This document shows, piece after piece, positions 8,871 through 16,893 of a stretch of 25,620 nucleotides of DNA. The stretch lies in the IMG/VR virus record IMGVR_UViG_2713896798_000006; one strand, 5' to 3'. Both the position numbers and the translations under genes were made by a program. The stretch is from a virus. Taxonomy: Duplodnaviria > Heunggongvirae > Uroviricota > Caudoviricetes. The notes beneath the pieces are model-generated. The model had not been told where the DNA came from. It ran no database searches and saw nothing but the letters and a program-made list of their open reading frames with translations. Each line of letters opens with the position of its first letter. Position 1 is the stretch's first letter.

Positions 8871-9848
8871 GTGTTCGGGGGTTTTATGAGCAGCAAGCTT
8901 CATGGTCTTGTCTGGGAAGGGTGCGCCTTCACCGGCATGATCTTATCCAGGGTGGCGGTTATGGCCCGTCTTGCAGACTACAGCAATGACGAGGGCGTGT
9001 CATGGCCTGCCATTGAAACTATCCGGCGTCAGATCGGTGCAAGAAGTGAATCCACAGTGAAATCGGCTATTGCAGAACTGGCGAAAGAGGGCTGGCTGAC
9101 GAAGGAAGAGCGTAAGGTCGGTGGGCGTAATGTAAGCAATATCTATCGGCTTAATGTGGAAAAACTCGAAGCAGCTGCGGCGGCGGCGCGTGAGTCATAT
9201 AAACCGAAAAGAAAAATTAGCCCGGCAAAAAATGACCCGTTAACAGTTGACCCGTCAAATATTGACCCCTCAACGGTTGACCCGTCAAATTTTGATGGAT
9301 CAACTGTTGATAAAAAACTGCCGATTAGGGGGGCGATGATTGACCCCGATCCGTCAGTATTAAAACCTGATCCGTCAGATAAAAGATCTTCTTGTCCGGA
9401 CGCTTCGCAACCGGACCCGCAGACGGCTGAACAGGATTTTTTAACCCGACACCCTGACGCGGTTGTGTTCAGTGCGAAAAAACGCCAGTGGGGAAGTCAG
9501 GAAGATTTGGTGTGCGCACAGTGGATCTGGGGACGAATCGTGAGTCTTTACGAGCAGGCGGCCAGCGATGATGGCGAGATCACTAGACCGAAAGAACCCA
9601 ACTGGACAGCATGGGCCAATGACGTTCGCACAATGCGGATGCTGGATGGCAGAACTCACAGACAAATTTGTGAAATGTTTGGGCGTCTCCAGCGGGATTC
9701 GTTCTGGGTAAAAAACATCATGAGTCCGGCAAAACTCCGGGAAAAATGGGATGAACTGGTTATCCGCCTGGGGCGTTCGCCTGCGCAGCGTTGCGTGAAT
9801 CACATTTCTGAACCGGACACTGAAATACCGCCGGGATTCAGGGGGTGA
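8871..9848 (+). CDS. Replication initiator (lambda O-like) containing the iteron array; start may be at 8886 (MSSKLHG)
   Basis: N-terminal wHTH-like region; internal 15-bp-period iterons encoding DPLTVDPSNIDPSTVDPSNFDGSTVD; immediately followed by a DnaC-like gene. Confidence 0.7.
   Translation: MFGGFMSSKLHGLVWEGCAFTGMILSRVAVMARLADYSNDEGVSWPAIETIRRQIGARSESTVKSAIAELAKEGWLTKEERKVGGRNVSNIYRLNVEKLEAAAAAARESYKPKRKISPAKNDPLTVDPSNIDPSTVDPSNFDGSTVDKKLPIRGAMIDPDPSVLKPDPSDKRSSCPDASQPDPQTAEQDFLTRHPDAVVFSAKKRQWGSQEDLVCAQWIWGRIVSLYEQAASDDGEITRPKEPNWTAWANDVRTMRMLDGRTHRQICEMFGRLQRDSFWVKNIMSPAKLREKWDELVIRLGRSPAQRCVNHISEPDTEIPPGFRG
9232..9303. repeat. Putative replication origin iterons: five 12-bp near-palindromic repeats at 15-bp spacing
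   Basis: ATGACCCGTTAA, TTGACCCGTCAA, TTGACCCCTCAA, TTGACCCGTCAA, TTGATGGATCAA starting at 9232, 9247, 9262, 9277, 9292; degenerate copies at about 9338 and 9367. Confidence 0.6.
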
Positions 9849-9854
9849 CGTGTC

Positions 9855-10595
9855 ATGAAAAACATTGCGGCAGTTGGGGTTCTTGAACGTATTCGCAGAC
9901 TTGCACCACAGGGGGCGGTTCCACCGTACCGGACGGTGGAGGAGTGGCGGGAATGGCAACTTGCTGAAGGACGAAAACGCAGCGAGGAGATTAACCGCCT
10001 GAATCATCAGGTGCGGGTTGAAAAAATCCTGAACCGTGCGGGCATCCAGCCGCTTCACAGGAAGTGCTCATTCGGGAACTACCGGGTGCAGAACGACGGT
10101 CAGCGCCATGCTCTGAGCCAGGCGAAATCCATTGCCGATGAATTGATGACCGGATGTACAAACTTCGTGTTCAGCGGTAAACCTGGTACCGGTAAAAATC
10201 ACCTGGCAGCAGCGATTGGCAATCGGCTGATGGCGAAGGGGAGAAGCGTGATTATCGTCACCGTGTCCGATGTCATGAGCGTGTTGCATGACGGCTACGA
10301 CAACGGCCAGTCCGGGGAAAAATTTTTACAGGAGCTTTGTGGAGTTGACCTTCTGGTCCTTGATGAAATTGGCATGCAGCGGGATACGCGCAACGAGCAG
10401 GTCACGCTGAACCAGATAGTCGACCGCAGAACGGCTTCGATGCGTAGTGTCGGAATGCTGACGAACCTGAATCACGCAGCGATGAGCACACTCCTCGGAG
10501 ATCGGGTGATGGACCGTATGACCATGAATGGTGGTCGTTGGGTGAATTTTAACTGGGAGAGCTGGCGGTCAAACGTTGGACGTCAGGGTATGTGA
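9855..10595 (+). CDS. DnaC-like helicase loader (AAA+ ATPase, IstB/DnaC family)
   Basis: Walker A GKPGTGKNHLAAAIG and Walker B LLVLDEIG; 246 aa; downstream of the O-like gene. Confidence 0.85.
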   Translation: MKNIAAVGVLERIRRLAPQGAVPPYRTVEEWREWQLAEGRKRSEEINRLNHQVRVEKILNRAGIQPLHRKCSFGNYRVQNDGQRHALSQAKSIADELMTGCTNFVFSGKPGTGKNHLAAAIGNRLMAKGRSVIIVTVSDVMSVLHDGYDNGQSGEKFLQELCGVDLLVLDEIGMQRDTRNEQVTLNQIVDRRTASMRSVGMLTNLNHAAMSTLLGDRVMDRMTMNGGRWVNFNWESWRSNVGRQGM

Positions 10596-10620
10596 GAATT
10601 TTTGACGAGGTAAATTTTCG

Positions 10621-11391
10621 ATGGAAACTGTATTGCATGCACTGAAAGCGATGGGAAAAGCCAATTCTGTTGAACTGGCGGCGCGGCTTGATATCAGCCG
10701 TGAAGAAGTTCTTAACGAACTGTGGGAACTCAAAAAAAATGGCGTTGTTGATAAAACGGGTCACACCTGGTTTCTGGCTGTCGAAGGTGAAGCCGGGGTA
10801 ACCGAAGGGCAGGCACTACAACCTGAAGCGCCGGATGTGGTAACCGAAGAGGTCGCTCCAAAAGTTACCGCAGACATGATGGTTGAGTTTATCGGTCAGG
10901 ATGGTGCTAAAACGTGTGAGGAACTGGCGGGTAAGTTCGGCGTCAGTACTCGCAAGGTTGCTTCCACGCTGGCGGTGGTAACCGCAACGGGGCGGCTGGC
11001 ACGCGTTAATCAGAACGGTAAATTTCGTTACTGCATGTCGGGGGGTAATTTACCAGCAGATCCGAAAGCCGCGCCGGTAACGAAAAATGATGGTAAGGCC
11101 TTTCCTCAGCCAGCAGGTGCTGCGTTACCAGTCCGGGAAGCCGCAACACAGGAAGAAATTAAAACAGAAACTGTGGCGGACATTGTGCAGCCGTTGCTAT
11201 CGTTTACCGAAACGCAAGCAGATGAGCTGATTTTTCCGTCCCTGCGCAGGGCAAACCTGGCGCTGCGCAGGGCGAAAAGTGATGTTCAGAAGTGGGAGCG
11301 AGTCTGCGCCGCGCTGCGGGAGCTGAACAAGCACCGGGATATTGTTCGACAGATTACTGATTCTTCCCGCCGTGTTGTATCGGAAAAGTGA
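10621..11391 (+). CDS. Hypothetical prophage protein with N-terminal winged-helix-like segment
   Basis: 256-aa ORF; N-terminus ANSVELAARLDISREEVLNELWELKKNGVVDKTGHTW looks like a wHTH; central Ala/Pro-rich linker. Confidence 0.5.
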   Translation: METVLHALKAMGKANSVELAARLDISREEVLNELWELKKNGVVDKTGHTWFLAVEGEAGVTEGQALQPEAPDVVTEEVAPKVTADMMVEFIGQDGAKTCEELAGKFGVSTRKVASTLAVVTATGRLARVNQNGKFRYCMSGGNLPADPKAAPVTKNDGKAFPQPAGAALPVREAATQEEIKTETVADIVQPLLSFTETQADELIFPSLRRANLALRRAKSDVQKWERVCAALRELNKHRDIVRQITDSSRRVVSEK

Positions 11392-11406
11392 TAGCCGGAG
11401 GCGCTT

Positions 11407-11802
11407 ATGGCGAAACCTTTTACACACGAACAGCGTGAAGAACTGAAGGCCCGAATTATCGGGCTGGTACGCAAAAATGAACGCATGACGATATCACAAC
11501 TGGAGAGAGCGACGGGAGCAGGCTGGCATTCAGTCAGACGTTGCCTTGTGGATGTACTGGCTTGTGGCGATTTATACATGCCCGGTAAATACGGTGTTTT
11601 TACATCAGAACAGGTGTATCGCGTATGGCGTAAGGCAGCGGAGAAAGCAACCGACCAGACATTGATTCGAAAGTTACCAGACGGAGAAATACGCCGCTAC
11701 GACAGACAACAGAACATAATCTGTGGCGAGTGCCGGAAGAGTGAAGTTATGCTGCGTGTACTGGCGTTCTATCAGGGCAATTTTCAGGAGGCGGTACTGT
11801 GA
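11407..11802 (+). CDS. Hypothetical prophage protein (131 aa)
   Basis: ORF with GGAGG ribosome-binding site 6 nt upstream; possible HTH-like MTISQLERATGAGWHSVRRCL; overlaps the next gene start. Confidence 0.45.
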   Translation: MAKPFTHEQREELKARIIGLVRKNERMTISQLERATGAGWHSVRRCLVDVLACGDLYMPGKYGVFTSEQVYRVWRKAAEKATDQTLIRKLPDGEIRRYDRQQNIICGECRKSEVMLRVLAFYQGNFQEAVL

Positions 11803-12443
11803 GTGAATTAGCTATCAGGCTTCAATTGTCGCTGGCATTCGCATCAAAGGAGAATGAGATGATCACTTTTACAAAAGAGCAGTTAATCAGTCATGTTAGT
11901 GAAAATGTAAAGGCGATGAAATTTGCAGTAAAACAGACAGTATTCAAAAATTCTCTCGAGGCAATTGAGTTGGATTTAGCACTGGCCCTTGTTGCTCAGG
12001 CTTCGCTGGAAGCAGAGCCCGTGCTTTATATGAATCGATTTACCGGAAAGACATTCTCACTGGAAGAGCAACCCGGTGCTGATAAGGAACCGGAAATATA
12101 CGTGCCGCTATATGCTGCCCCGCCAGACAGCGCCGCCATGCTTCAGGCTGGAAACTTTCGGGAAAATAAGGGTTCGTCAACCAATAATTTTCGGGAAATC
12201 TCGGAAACGTCAACCAACTATCCGGTAACTCCGGATGGTTGGATAAGCTGTAGTGAGCGAATGCCGGATGATGGTCAGCACGTAATTATTTTATGTGATG
12301 GCGCATTCGTTCTTTATGCGCAATATCGAGACGGTGAGTTTTTTGATGTAGTCCGTAATGGTGATGAATTTTTCGAAACACAGAGCCGCAATGTAACCGA
12401 CTGGATGCCGCTACCAGAACCGCCGCAGGAGGTGCGCCAATGA
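11799..12443 (+). CDS. DUF551-like C-terminal domain protein; alternative start at 11859
   Basis: C-terminus WISCSERMPDDGQHVIILCDGAFVLYAQYRDGEFFD...WMPLPEPP typical of DUF551; both GTG 11799 and ATG 11859 have good Shine-Dalgarno sequences. Confidence 0.6.
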   Translation: MSELAIRLQLSLAFASKENEMITFTKEQLISHVSENVKAMKFAVKQTVFKNSLEAIELDLALALVAQASLEAEPVLYMNRFTGKTFSLEEQPGADKEPEIYVPLYAAPPDSAAMLQAGNFRENKGSSTNNFREISETSTNYPVTPDGWISCSERMPDDGQHVIILCDGAFVLYAQYRDGEFFDVVRNGDEFFETQSRNVTDWMPLPEPPQEVRQ

Positions 12444-12523
12444 TCTGGCCTGAAGCCTTTGCAATTACAGGCGTTGCTATAGCTATTGATTTTTTAGTAT
12501 ATGTTATTTGTCGGTGGGGGTAA
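12440..12523 (+). CDS. Tiny hydrophobic ORF (27 aa), MIWPEAFAITGVAIAIDFLVYVICRWG
   Basis: ATGA overlap with the preceding stop; manual translation; not in the ORF track. Confidence 0.25.
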   Translation: MIWPEAFAITGVAIAIDFLVYVICRWG

Positions 12524-12558
12524 AAACGTTCGCCGGGATTCACACCAAAGGAGGGAAT

Positions 12559-12663
12559 ATGTCGGATGATATTTCACTGGCAATGGAAGGTGCTCTGGCT
12601 GTTATTGCTGTTGTGGGCGTTTACTGCCTGGTTGTGTTTTTGATGGATCGACTAGGGAACTGA
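12559..12663 (+). CDS. Small membrane peptide (34 aa), MSDDISLAMEGALAVIAVVGVYCLVVFLMDRLGN
   Basis: Strong Shine-Dalgarno AAGGAGGG 4-5 nt upstream of ATG; single predicted transmembrane helix; manual translation. Confidence 0.4.
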   Translation: MSDDISLAMEGALAVIAVVGVYCLVVFLMDRLGN

Positions 12664-12671
12664 ATTCATTA

Positions 12672-12693
12672 CGATATGGGAATTCCCATATCG
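12672..12693. promoter_or_regulatory. 22-bp perfect palindrome CGATATGGGAATTCCCATATCG (candidate dimeric regulator site or RNA hairpin) in the hok leader region
   Basis: Exact reverse-complement symmetry seen directly; no flanking U-tract on either strand. Confidence 0.4.
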
Positions 12694-12908
12694 GGTAAAA
12701 ACGGTTTGCGGTAAAGCGAGAGTTAAGTAGAATTGCTGCGGGTGCTTGAGGCTGTCTGCCTCGGGCATGCCACCGTAAGGCAGACAGAGAAAAGCCCCAG
12801 TTAACATTACGCGTCCTGCAAGACGCCTAACATTAATCTGAGGCCAATTTCATGCTAGACATATGTAGGTTAGCCTCTTACGCGCCGAAAGGCAAGGAGA
12901 AGCAGGCT

Positions 12909-13064
12909 ATGAAGCAGCAAAAGGCGATGTTAATCGCCCTGATCGTCATCTGTATCACCGTCATAGTGACGGCACTGGTAACGAGGAAAGACCTCTGCGA
13001 GGTACGAATCCGAACCGGCCAGACGGAGGTCGCTGTCTTCACAGCTTACGAACCTGAGGAGTAA
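12909..13064 (+). CDS. hokD: Hok/Gef family type I toxin (51 aa)
   Basis: MKQQKAMLIALIVICITVIVTALVTRKDLCEVRIRTGQTEVAVFTAYEPEE is essentially K-12 HokD as I recall it; followed by a terminator; the track ORF extends upstream in frame from 12852. Confidence 0.85.
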   Translation: MKQQKAMLIALIVICITVIVTALVTRKDLCEVRIRTGQTEVAVFTAYEPEE

Positions 13065-13133
13065 GAGACCTGGCGAGGGAGAAATCCCTCGCCACCTCTG
13101 ATGAATCAGGCATCCTCAACGCACCCGCACTTA

Positions 13134-13159
13134 ACCCGCTTCGGCGGGTTTTGTTTTTT
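13134..13159 (+). terminator. Rho-independent terminator of the hok transcript
   Basis: Stem acccgc/gcgggt with ttcg loop followed by tttgtttttt; preceded by a second hairpin ggcgaggga...tccctcgcc. Confidence 0.7.
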
Positions 13160-13231
13160 CCTGGCATTCTGGTTTACAATTCGCACGCCAGCCTGAACAA
13201 CTGGCACCTGCTGCGCCAGCAGAGACAACCG

Positions 13232-13510
13232 ATGGCGCACGATACCAAATTATACAATTCTGATGATTCTGCCGTCTTTGCCAGCAGGCGCGGACGGTGT
13301 TTTCACGCATTCAAATCTGACTGGTACCAGCATCCCCCATGCACTGAAGAACAGGCCGAATGGCTCATTCAGTGTTACCGCAGGCGCGGATGCGAGGTTA
13401 AAAAAGCCCTTAGCCTCGACTACCGTCACTGGATAATCTCCGTCAGGCTCCCTTACTCCGAACGGCCACCGCGTCCGTCCCGCACATTCCAGCAACGGAT
13501 CTGGAGGTAA
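13232..13510 (+). CDS. Hypothetical small protein (92 aa) in the position of Qin rem
   Basis: Start MAHDTKLYNSDD chosen downstream of the hok terminator; Cys-rich; synteny with hokD-rem-ydfU. Confidence 0.45.
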   Translation: MAHDTKLYNSDDSAVFASRRGRCFHAFKSDWYQHPPCTEEQAEWLIQCYRRRGCEVKKALSLDYRHWIISVRLPYSERPPRPSRTFQQRIWR

Positions 13511-13511
13511 T

Positions 13512-14561
13512 GTGCGGGTATTACTTCGACCTGTTCTGGTACCGGAACTCGGTCTGGTTATCGTTAAGCCAGGCCGTGAATCAATGTCAGCATTCCATAA
13601 CGGCAGAATACTGGTGGAGCCGGAACCAAAAAGCATGCGAGCTCTGCCGTCCGGGGTTGTACCTGCCGTTCACCAGCCGCTGGCGGAAGATAAATCACTA
13701 CTGCCATTTTTCAGCGATGAGCGGGTGAGCCGTGCTGCGGGTGGCGCTGGTGCACTGTCTGACTGGTTATTACGTCACGTGAAATCCTGCCAGTGGCTAC
13801 ACGGTGATTATCATCACAGCGAAACCGTCATTCACCGTTACGGTACCGGCGCAATGGTGTTGTGCTGGCACTGCGACAACCAGCTGCGTGACCAGACATC
13901 CGAATCACTCGAGCAACTTGCTCATCAAAACCTGTCAGCATGGATGATTGACGTCATCGGTCACGCAATAAGCGGTACGCAGGAGCGTGAATTATCTCTG
14001 GCTGAATTATCCTGGTGGGCGGTCCGCAATCAGGTGGCGGACGCGCTACCGGAAGCGGTATTACGTCGTTCGCTGGGGTTGCGTGCGGAAAAAATCCGCT
14101 CCATGTACCGTGAAAGCGACATCGTACCGGGAGAGCAGACCGCCACCAGCATACTGAAACAGCGCACAAAAAATCTTGCGCCGCTGCCTCACGCCCACCA
14201 GCAACAGAACCCACCACAGGAAAAGACGGTGGTCAGCATTGCCGTTGATCCTGAGTCTCCGGAATCTTTCATGAAACGACCTAAACGTCGCCGCTGGGTT
14301 AACGAGAAATACACTCGCTGGGTGAAGACACAGCCGTGTGCGTGTTGTGGTAAGCCAGCCGACGATCCCCATCACCTGATTGGTCATGGTCAGGGCGGAA
14401 TGGGGACAAAATCTCACGATATTTTCACGCTACCGCTGTGTCGGGAGCATCACAACGAGCTTCATGCGGATCCGCTGGCGTTCGAAGAAAAGCATGGTTC
14501 TCAGGTTGATTTAATTTTTCGTTTTCTTGATCACGCCTTTGCAACTGGCGTGCTTGGGTAA
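13512..14561 (+). CDS. YdfU-like protein (349 aa) with C-terminal HNH/zinc-finger-like motif (DUF968-like)
   Basis: C-terminus CACCGKPADDPHHLIGHGQGGMGTKSHDIFTLPLCREHHNELH; size equals Qin YdfU; start is a GTG preceded by GGAGG. Confidence 0.6.
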   Translation: MRVLLRPVLVPELGLVIVKPGRESMSAFHNGRILVEPEPKSMRALPSGVVPAVHQPLAEDKSLLPFFSDERVSRAAGGAGALSDWLLRHVKSCQWLHGDYHHSETVIHRYGTGAMVLCWHCDNQLRDQTSESLEQLAHQNLSAWMIDVIGHAISGTQERELSLAELSWWAVRNQVADALPEAVLRRSLGLRAEKIRSMYRESDIVPGEQTATSILKQRTKNLAPLPHAHQQQNPPQEKTVVSIAVDPESPESFMKRPKRRRWVNEKYTRWVKTQPCACCGKPADDPHHLIGHGQGGMGTKSHDIFTLPLCREHHNELHADPLAFEEKHGSQVDLIFRFLDHAFATGVLG

Positions 14562-14573
14562 AAGAGGTGACTG

Positions 14574-14948
14574 ATGCTCATAGATTTGGTTTTACCTTAC
14601 CCGCCGACGGTGAACACTTACTGGCGACGCCGTGGCAGCACATATTTTATCTCGGAGGAGGGAAAGCGTTATCGCCGGGCTGTGGCGCTTATTGTTCGCC
14701 AGCAGCGGCTGAAATTAAGCCTGTCCGGAAGGCTGGCGATAAAGATTATTGCCGAGCCACCGGATAAGCGCCGCCGTGACTTGGACAATATTCTGAAAGC
14801 GCCGCTGGATGCGCTGACGCATGCGGGGTTGCTAATGGACGATGAGCAGTTTGATGAAATCAATATCGTTCGTGCTCAGCCAGTATCTGGTGGACGTCTG
14901 GGGGTGAAGATTTACCCCATAATGCTTGAAGGGCAGGTCAAAAAATGA
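14574..14948 (+). CDS. rusA: RusA-type Holliday junction resolvase
   Basis: PPTVNTYWRRRG...PDKRRRDLDNILKAPLDALTHAGLLMDDEQ parallels RusA (PPSNNRYY...[26 protein letters not shown].Q). Confidence 0.75.
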   Translation: MLIDLVLPYPPTVNTYWRRRGSTYFISEEGKRYRRAVALIVRQQRLKLSLSGRLAIKIIAEPPDKRRRDLDNILKAPLDALTHAGLLMDDEQFDEINIVRAQPVSGGRLGVKIYPIMLEGQVKK

Positions 14949-15766
14949 AACTGGAAGATTTACCGAAATACTACTCCCCAAAATCCCCCGGCCTGACTGA
15001 TGCATCGGCCTCAACGTCGAAAGATACGCTGAGTATCACTGATGTGATGGCTGCGCAGGGCATGACACAGAATTGGGCTGAGATGGGGTTTTCTGCGTTC
15101 CTTGGGAAAATGGGCATTAGTATGAATGACAGAGAGCGGGCAACAGAATTGCTGACAGAATATGCACTCAGTCGGTGTGATCGCGTGGCGGCGTTAAGAA
15201 AACTCCCGGCAGAAATAAAACCGGCAGTGATGCGTATTATGGCTTCGTATGCGTTTGAAGATTATGCCCGTAGCGCGGCGAGCAAAAAACAGTGCCCCTG
15301 TTGTCACGGAAAAAAATTTATTGAAAGCGAGGTTTTTACAAACAAGATCCAGTATCCGGATGGTAAGCCGCCAGTGTGGGCAAAGTGCACAAAAGGCGTG
15401 TATCCGTCTTACTGGGAGGAATGGAAAAAAGTCAGGGAGGTGGTAAAAGTTGCCTGTCCGGAGTGTGGAGGGAAGGGGGAGGTTTCCACCGCCTGTAAAG
15501 ATTGTCGTGGGCGCGGTGTTGCCATTCATCGTGAAGAGTCGGTAAAACGTGGTATGCCTGTTATCAGAGACTGCCAGCGTTGTGGTGGTCGTGGCTATGA
15601 AAGATTACCTTCAACGGAGGCATTTAATGCCATATGTAATGTAACCGATGCCATATCTCTTGATACATGGAAAAAAACAGTTAAACGTTTTTACGATACG
15701 CTGGTGGTGCAGTTTGATATTGAAGAAGCATGGGCAGAACAACAACTGAAAAAGGTGACCAGATAG
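14945..15766 (+). CDS. Putative late antiterminator (Q-like) with DnaJ-type CxxCxGxG zinc-finger repeats
   Basis: Three CxxCxGxG motifs (CPECGGKG, CKDCRGRG, CQRCGGRG) plus CPCCHGKK; located after rusA and before a promoter/terminator pair and the lysis genes. Confidence 0.5.
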   Translation: MKLEDLPKYYSPKSPGLTDASASTSKDTLSITDVMAAQGMTQNWAEMGFSAFLGKMGISMNDRERATELLTEYALSRCDRVAALRKLPAEIKPAVMRIMASYAFEDYARSAASKKQCPCCHGKKFIESEVFTNKIQYPDGKPPVWAKCTKGVYPSYWEEWKKVREVVKVACPECGGKGEVSTACKDCRGRGVAIHREESVKRGMPVIRDCQRCGGRGYERLPSTEAFNAICNVTDAISLDTWKKTVKRFYDTLVVQFDIEEAWAEQQLKKVTR

Positions 15767-15771
15767 CTTTG

Positions 15772-15799
15772 TTGATTTTTCCCGAATCTGTGGTAAATT
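15772..15799 (+). promoter_or_regulatory. Candidate late promoter (PR'-like)
   Basis: TTGATT (15772..15777), 16-bp spacer, extended -10 TGgTAAATT (15791..15799). Confidence 0.35.
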
Positions 15800-15846
15800 T
15801 GCCCTAACGATGGGCGTTTTATGCCTGACGTTAGAAGATTTTTTAC

Positions 15847-15870
15847 ACCCGTCGCTAGGCGGGTTTTTTT
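15847..15870 (+). terminator. Candidate tR'-like intrinsic terminator downstream of the Q-like gene
   Basis: Stem ACCCG/CGGGT with 8-nt loop followed by seven T. Confidence 0.5.
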
Positions 15871-15915
15871 ATGACTGAAATCACGCCAGTACAGTAAACG
15901 CGCTGGTGGTTGTGA

Positions 15916-16366
15916 ATACCGGTCTTTCAGCTTGCTGGCTTTTTCGACAAGAGTTATTGGTGTGTCACGTTAACCGGAAAAAGGAAAGTTTGAGAAACGC
16001 GATCTGGCACAGGCGGTTATTAATGCTGCCTACCTGGTGGCCTGTGCAGATGGTGAATGTGAGGCTTCCTAGAAAGCGAAGATCGAACAGGTACTGCGTA
16101 ATCAGCCTGCGCTGTCCGCGTTTACGTCAGAAATTAATGCGATTAGCGCAACCATTATCGGTCAGCTGGATACGAACTTTAAAATTGGTCGTCGTGCGGC
16201 GTTACGTGAGATCGAGGATGTGAAACACGATACGCGTGAAGCGGAAGATGTGCTGGATGTGGCGGTGGCCATTGCGGAGGCAGACGGCGAAATTGAGCCG
16301 GAAGAGCGCAAGGTGCTGGAAGAGATTGCCGGTGTTCTGGGTCTTCGTCTGGAGAATCACCAGTGA
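15916..16366 (+). pseudogene. TerB-like domain gene remnant (frameshifted, in-frame TAG, no start codon)
   Basis: One frame reads ...KRDLAQAVINAAYLVACADGECEAS*KAKIEQVLRN...DVLDVAVAIAEADGEIEPEERKVLEEIAGVLGLRLENHQ; upstream part (FQLAGFFDKS) is in another frame; TAG at 16070..16072. Confidence 0.45.
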
Positions 16367-16530
16367 CGGTAAAACTGCGCCTGGCTGTGGCTGCACTCCT
16401 GCTGTTTCTGGTGGTGATGGTGGATTTCACCAGCAGAATCATGTCGGTGCTGGCGGATGGGGTGCTGGTCTGCGGCATTGTGGTATTGCTGTGGCCGGTG
16501 ATAAAAAGAAACAGCCTGCATAATGCTTGA
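16363..16530 (+). CDS. Small two-helix membrane protein (55 aa) starting with GTG, overlapping the TerB-remnant stop
   Basis: Manual translation VTVKLRLAVAALLLFLVVMVDFTSRIMSVLADGVLVCGIVVLLWPVIKRNSLHNA; not in the track (under 60 aa). Confidence 0.3.
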   Translation: MTVKLRLAVAALLLFLVVMVDFTSRIMSVLADGVLVCGIVVLLWPVIKRNSLHNA

Positions 16531-16695
16531 TTTTTTTGTTTACTGTTTATTAAAAATACTACTGCATGGTGAATCCCCCTGTGCGGAGGGGCAATCAGCA
16601 ACCAGGTATATGTGATAATCGCGGATTCAGGTGCTGATACTGAATTCACCGGGAGGCACCCGGCACCATGCAAGAAAAAGAATGTGCATGCAAAC

Positions 16696-16723
16696 ATGCC
16701 CCTCTCCTGAGGGGCATTTTTAT
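16696..16723 (+). terminator. Rho-independent terminator (plus strand)
   Basis: 9-bp stem ATGCCCCTC/GAGGGGCAT, loop tcct, then ttttta. Confidence 0.55.
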
Positions 16724-16724
16724 G

Positions 16725-16752
16725 GGTAAAAAATGCCCGAATGGGTTCGGGC
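16725..16752 (-). terminator. Rho-independent terminator (minus strand), back to back with the plus-strand one
   Basis: Stem gcccgaa/ttcgggc with loop tggg; on the minus strand it is followed by the U-run complementary to ggtaaaaaat. Confidence 0.4.
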
Positions 16753-16848
16753 AATAGCATGAGATACTGATATTGTTGTGTTGTTATCGTGTGGATTTTA
16801 ACCAGGGTTTATCAGGCTGCGCAACTGCGTGGCCTTTTTTCATTTCTT

Positions 16849-16893
16849 GGGCTGTAGTCCCCGTGTGTCATTCAGGCTTCCGGACTACAGCCC
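16849..16893. repeat. 12-bp perfect inverted repeat with 21-nt spacer, about 45 bp upstream of the esterase gene
   Basis: GGGCTGTAGTCC (16849..16860) and GGACTACAGCCC (16882..16893). Confidence 0.5.

Noticed and set aside
9441-10289. Minus-strand ORFs 9441..10058 and 10068..10289
   Set aside because: Antisense to the O-like and DnaC-like genes, which have clear motifs.
16179-16760. 193-aa minus-strand ORF
   Set aside because: Runs antisense across the TerB remnant, the small membrane ORF and the terminator hairpins; Pro/His/Ala-rich low-complexity translation.
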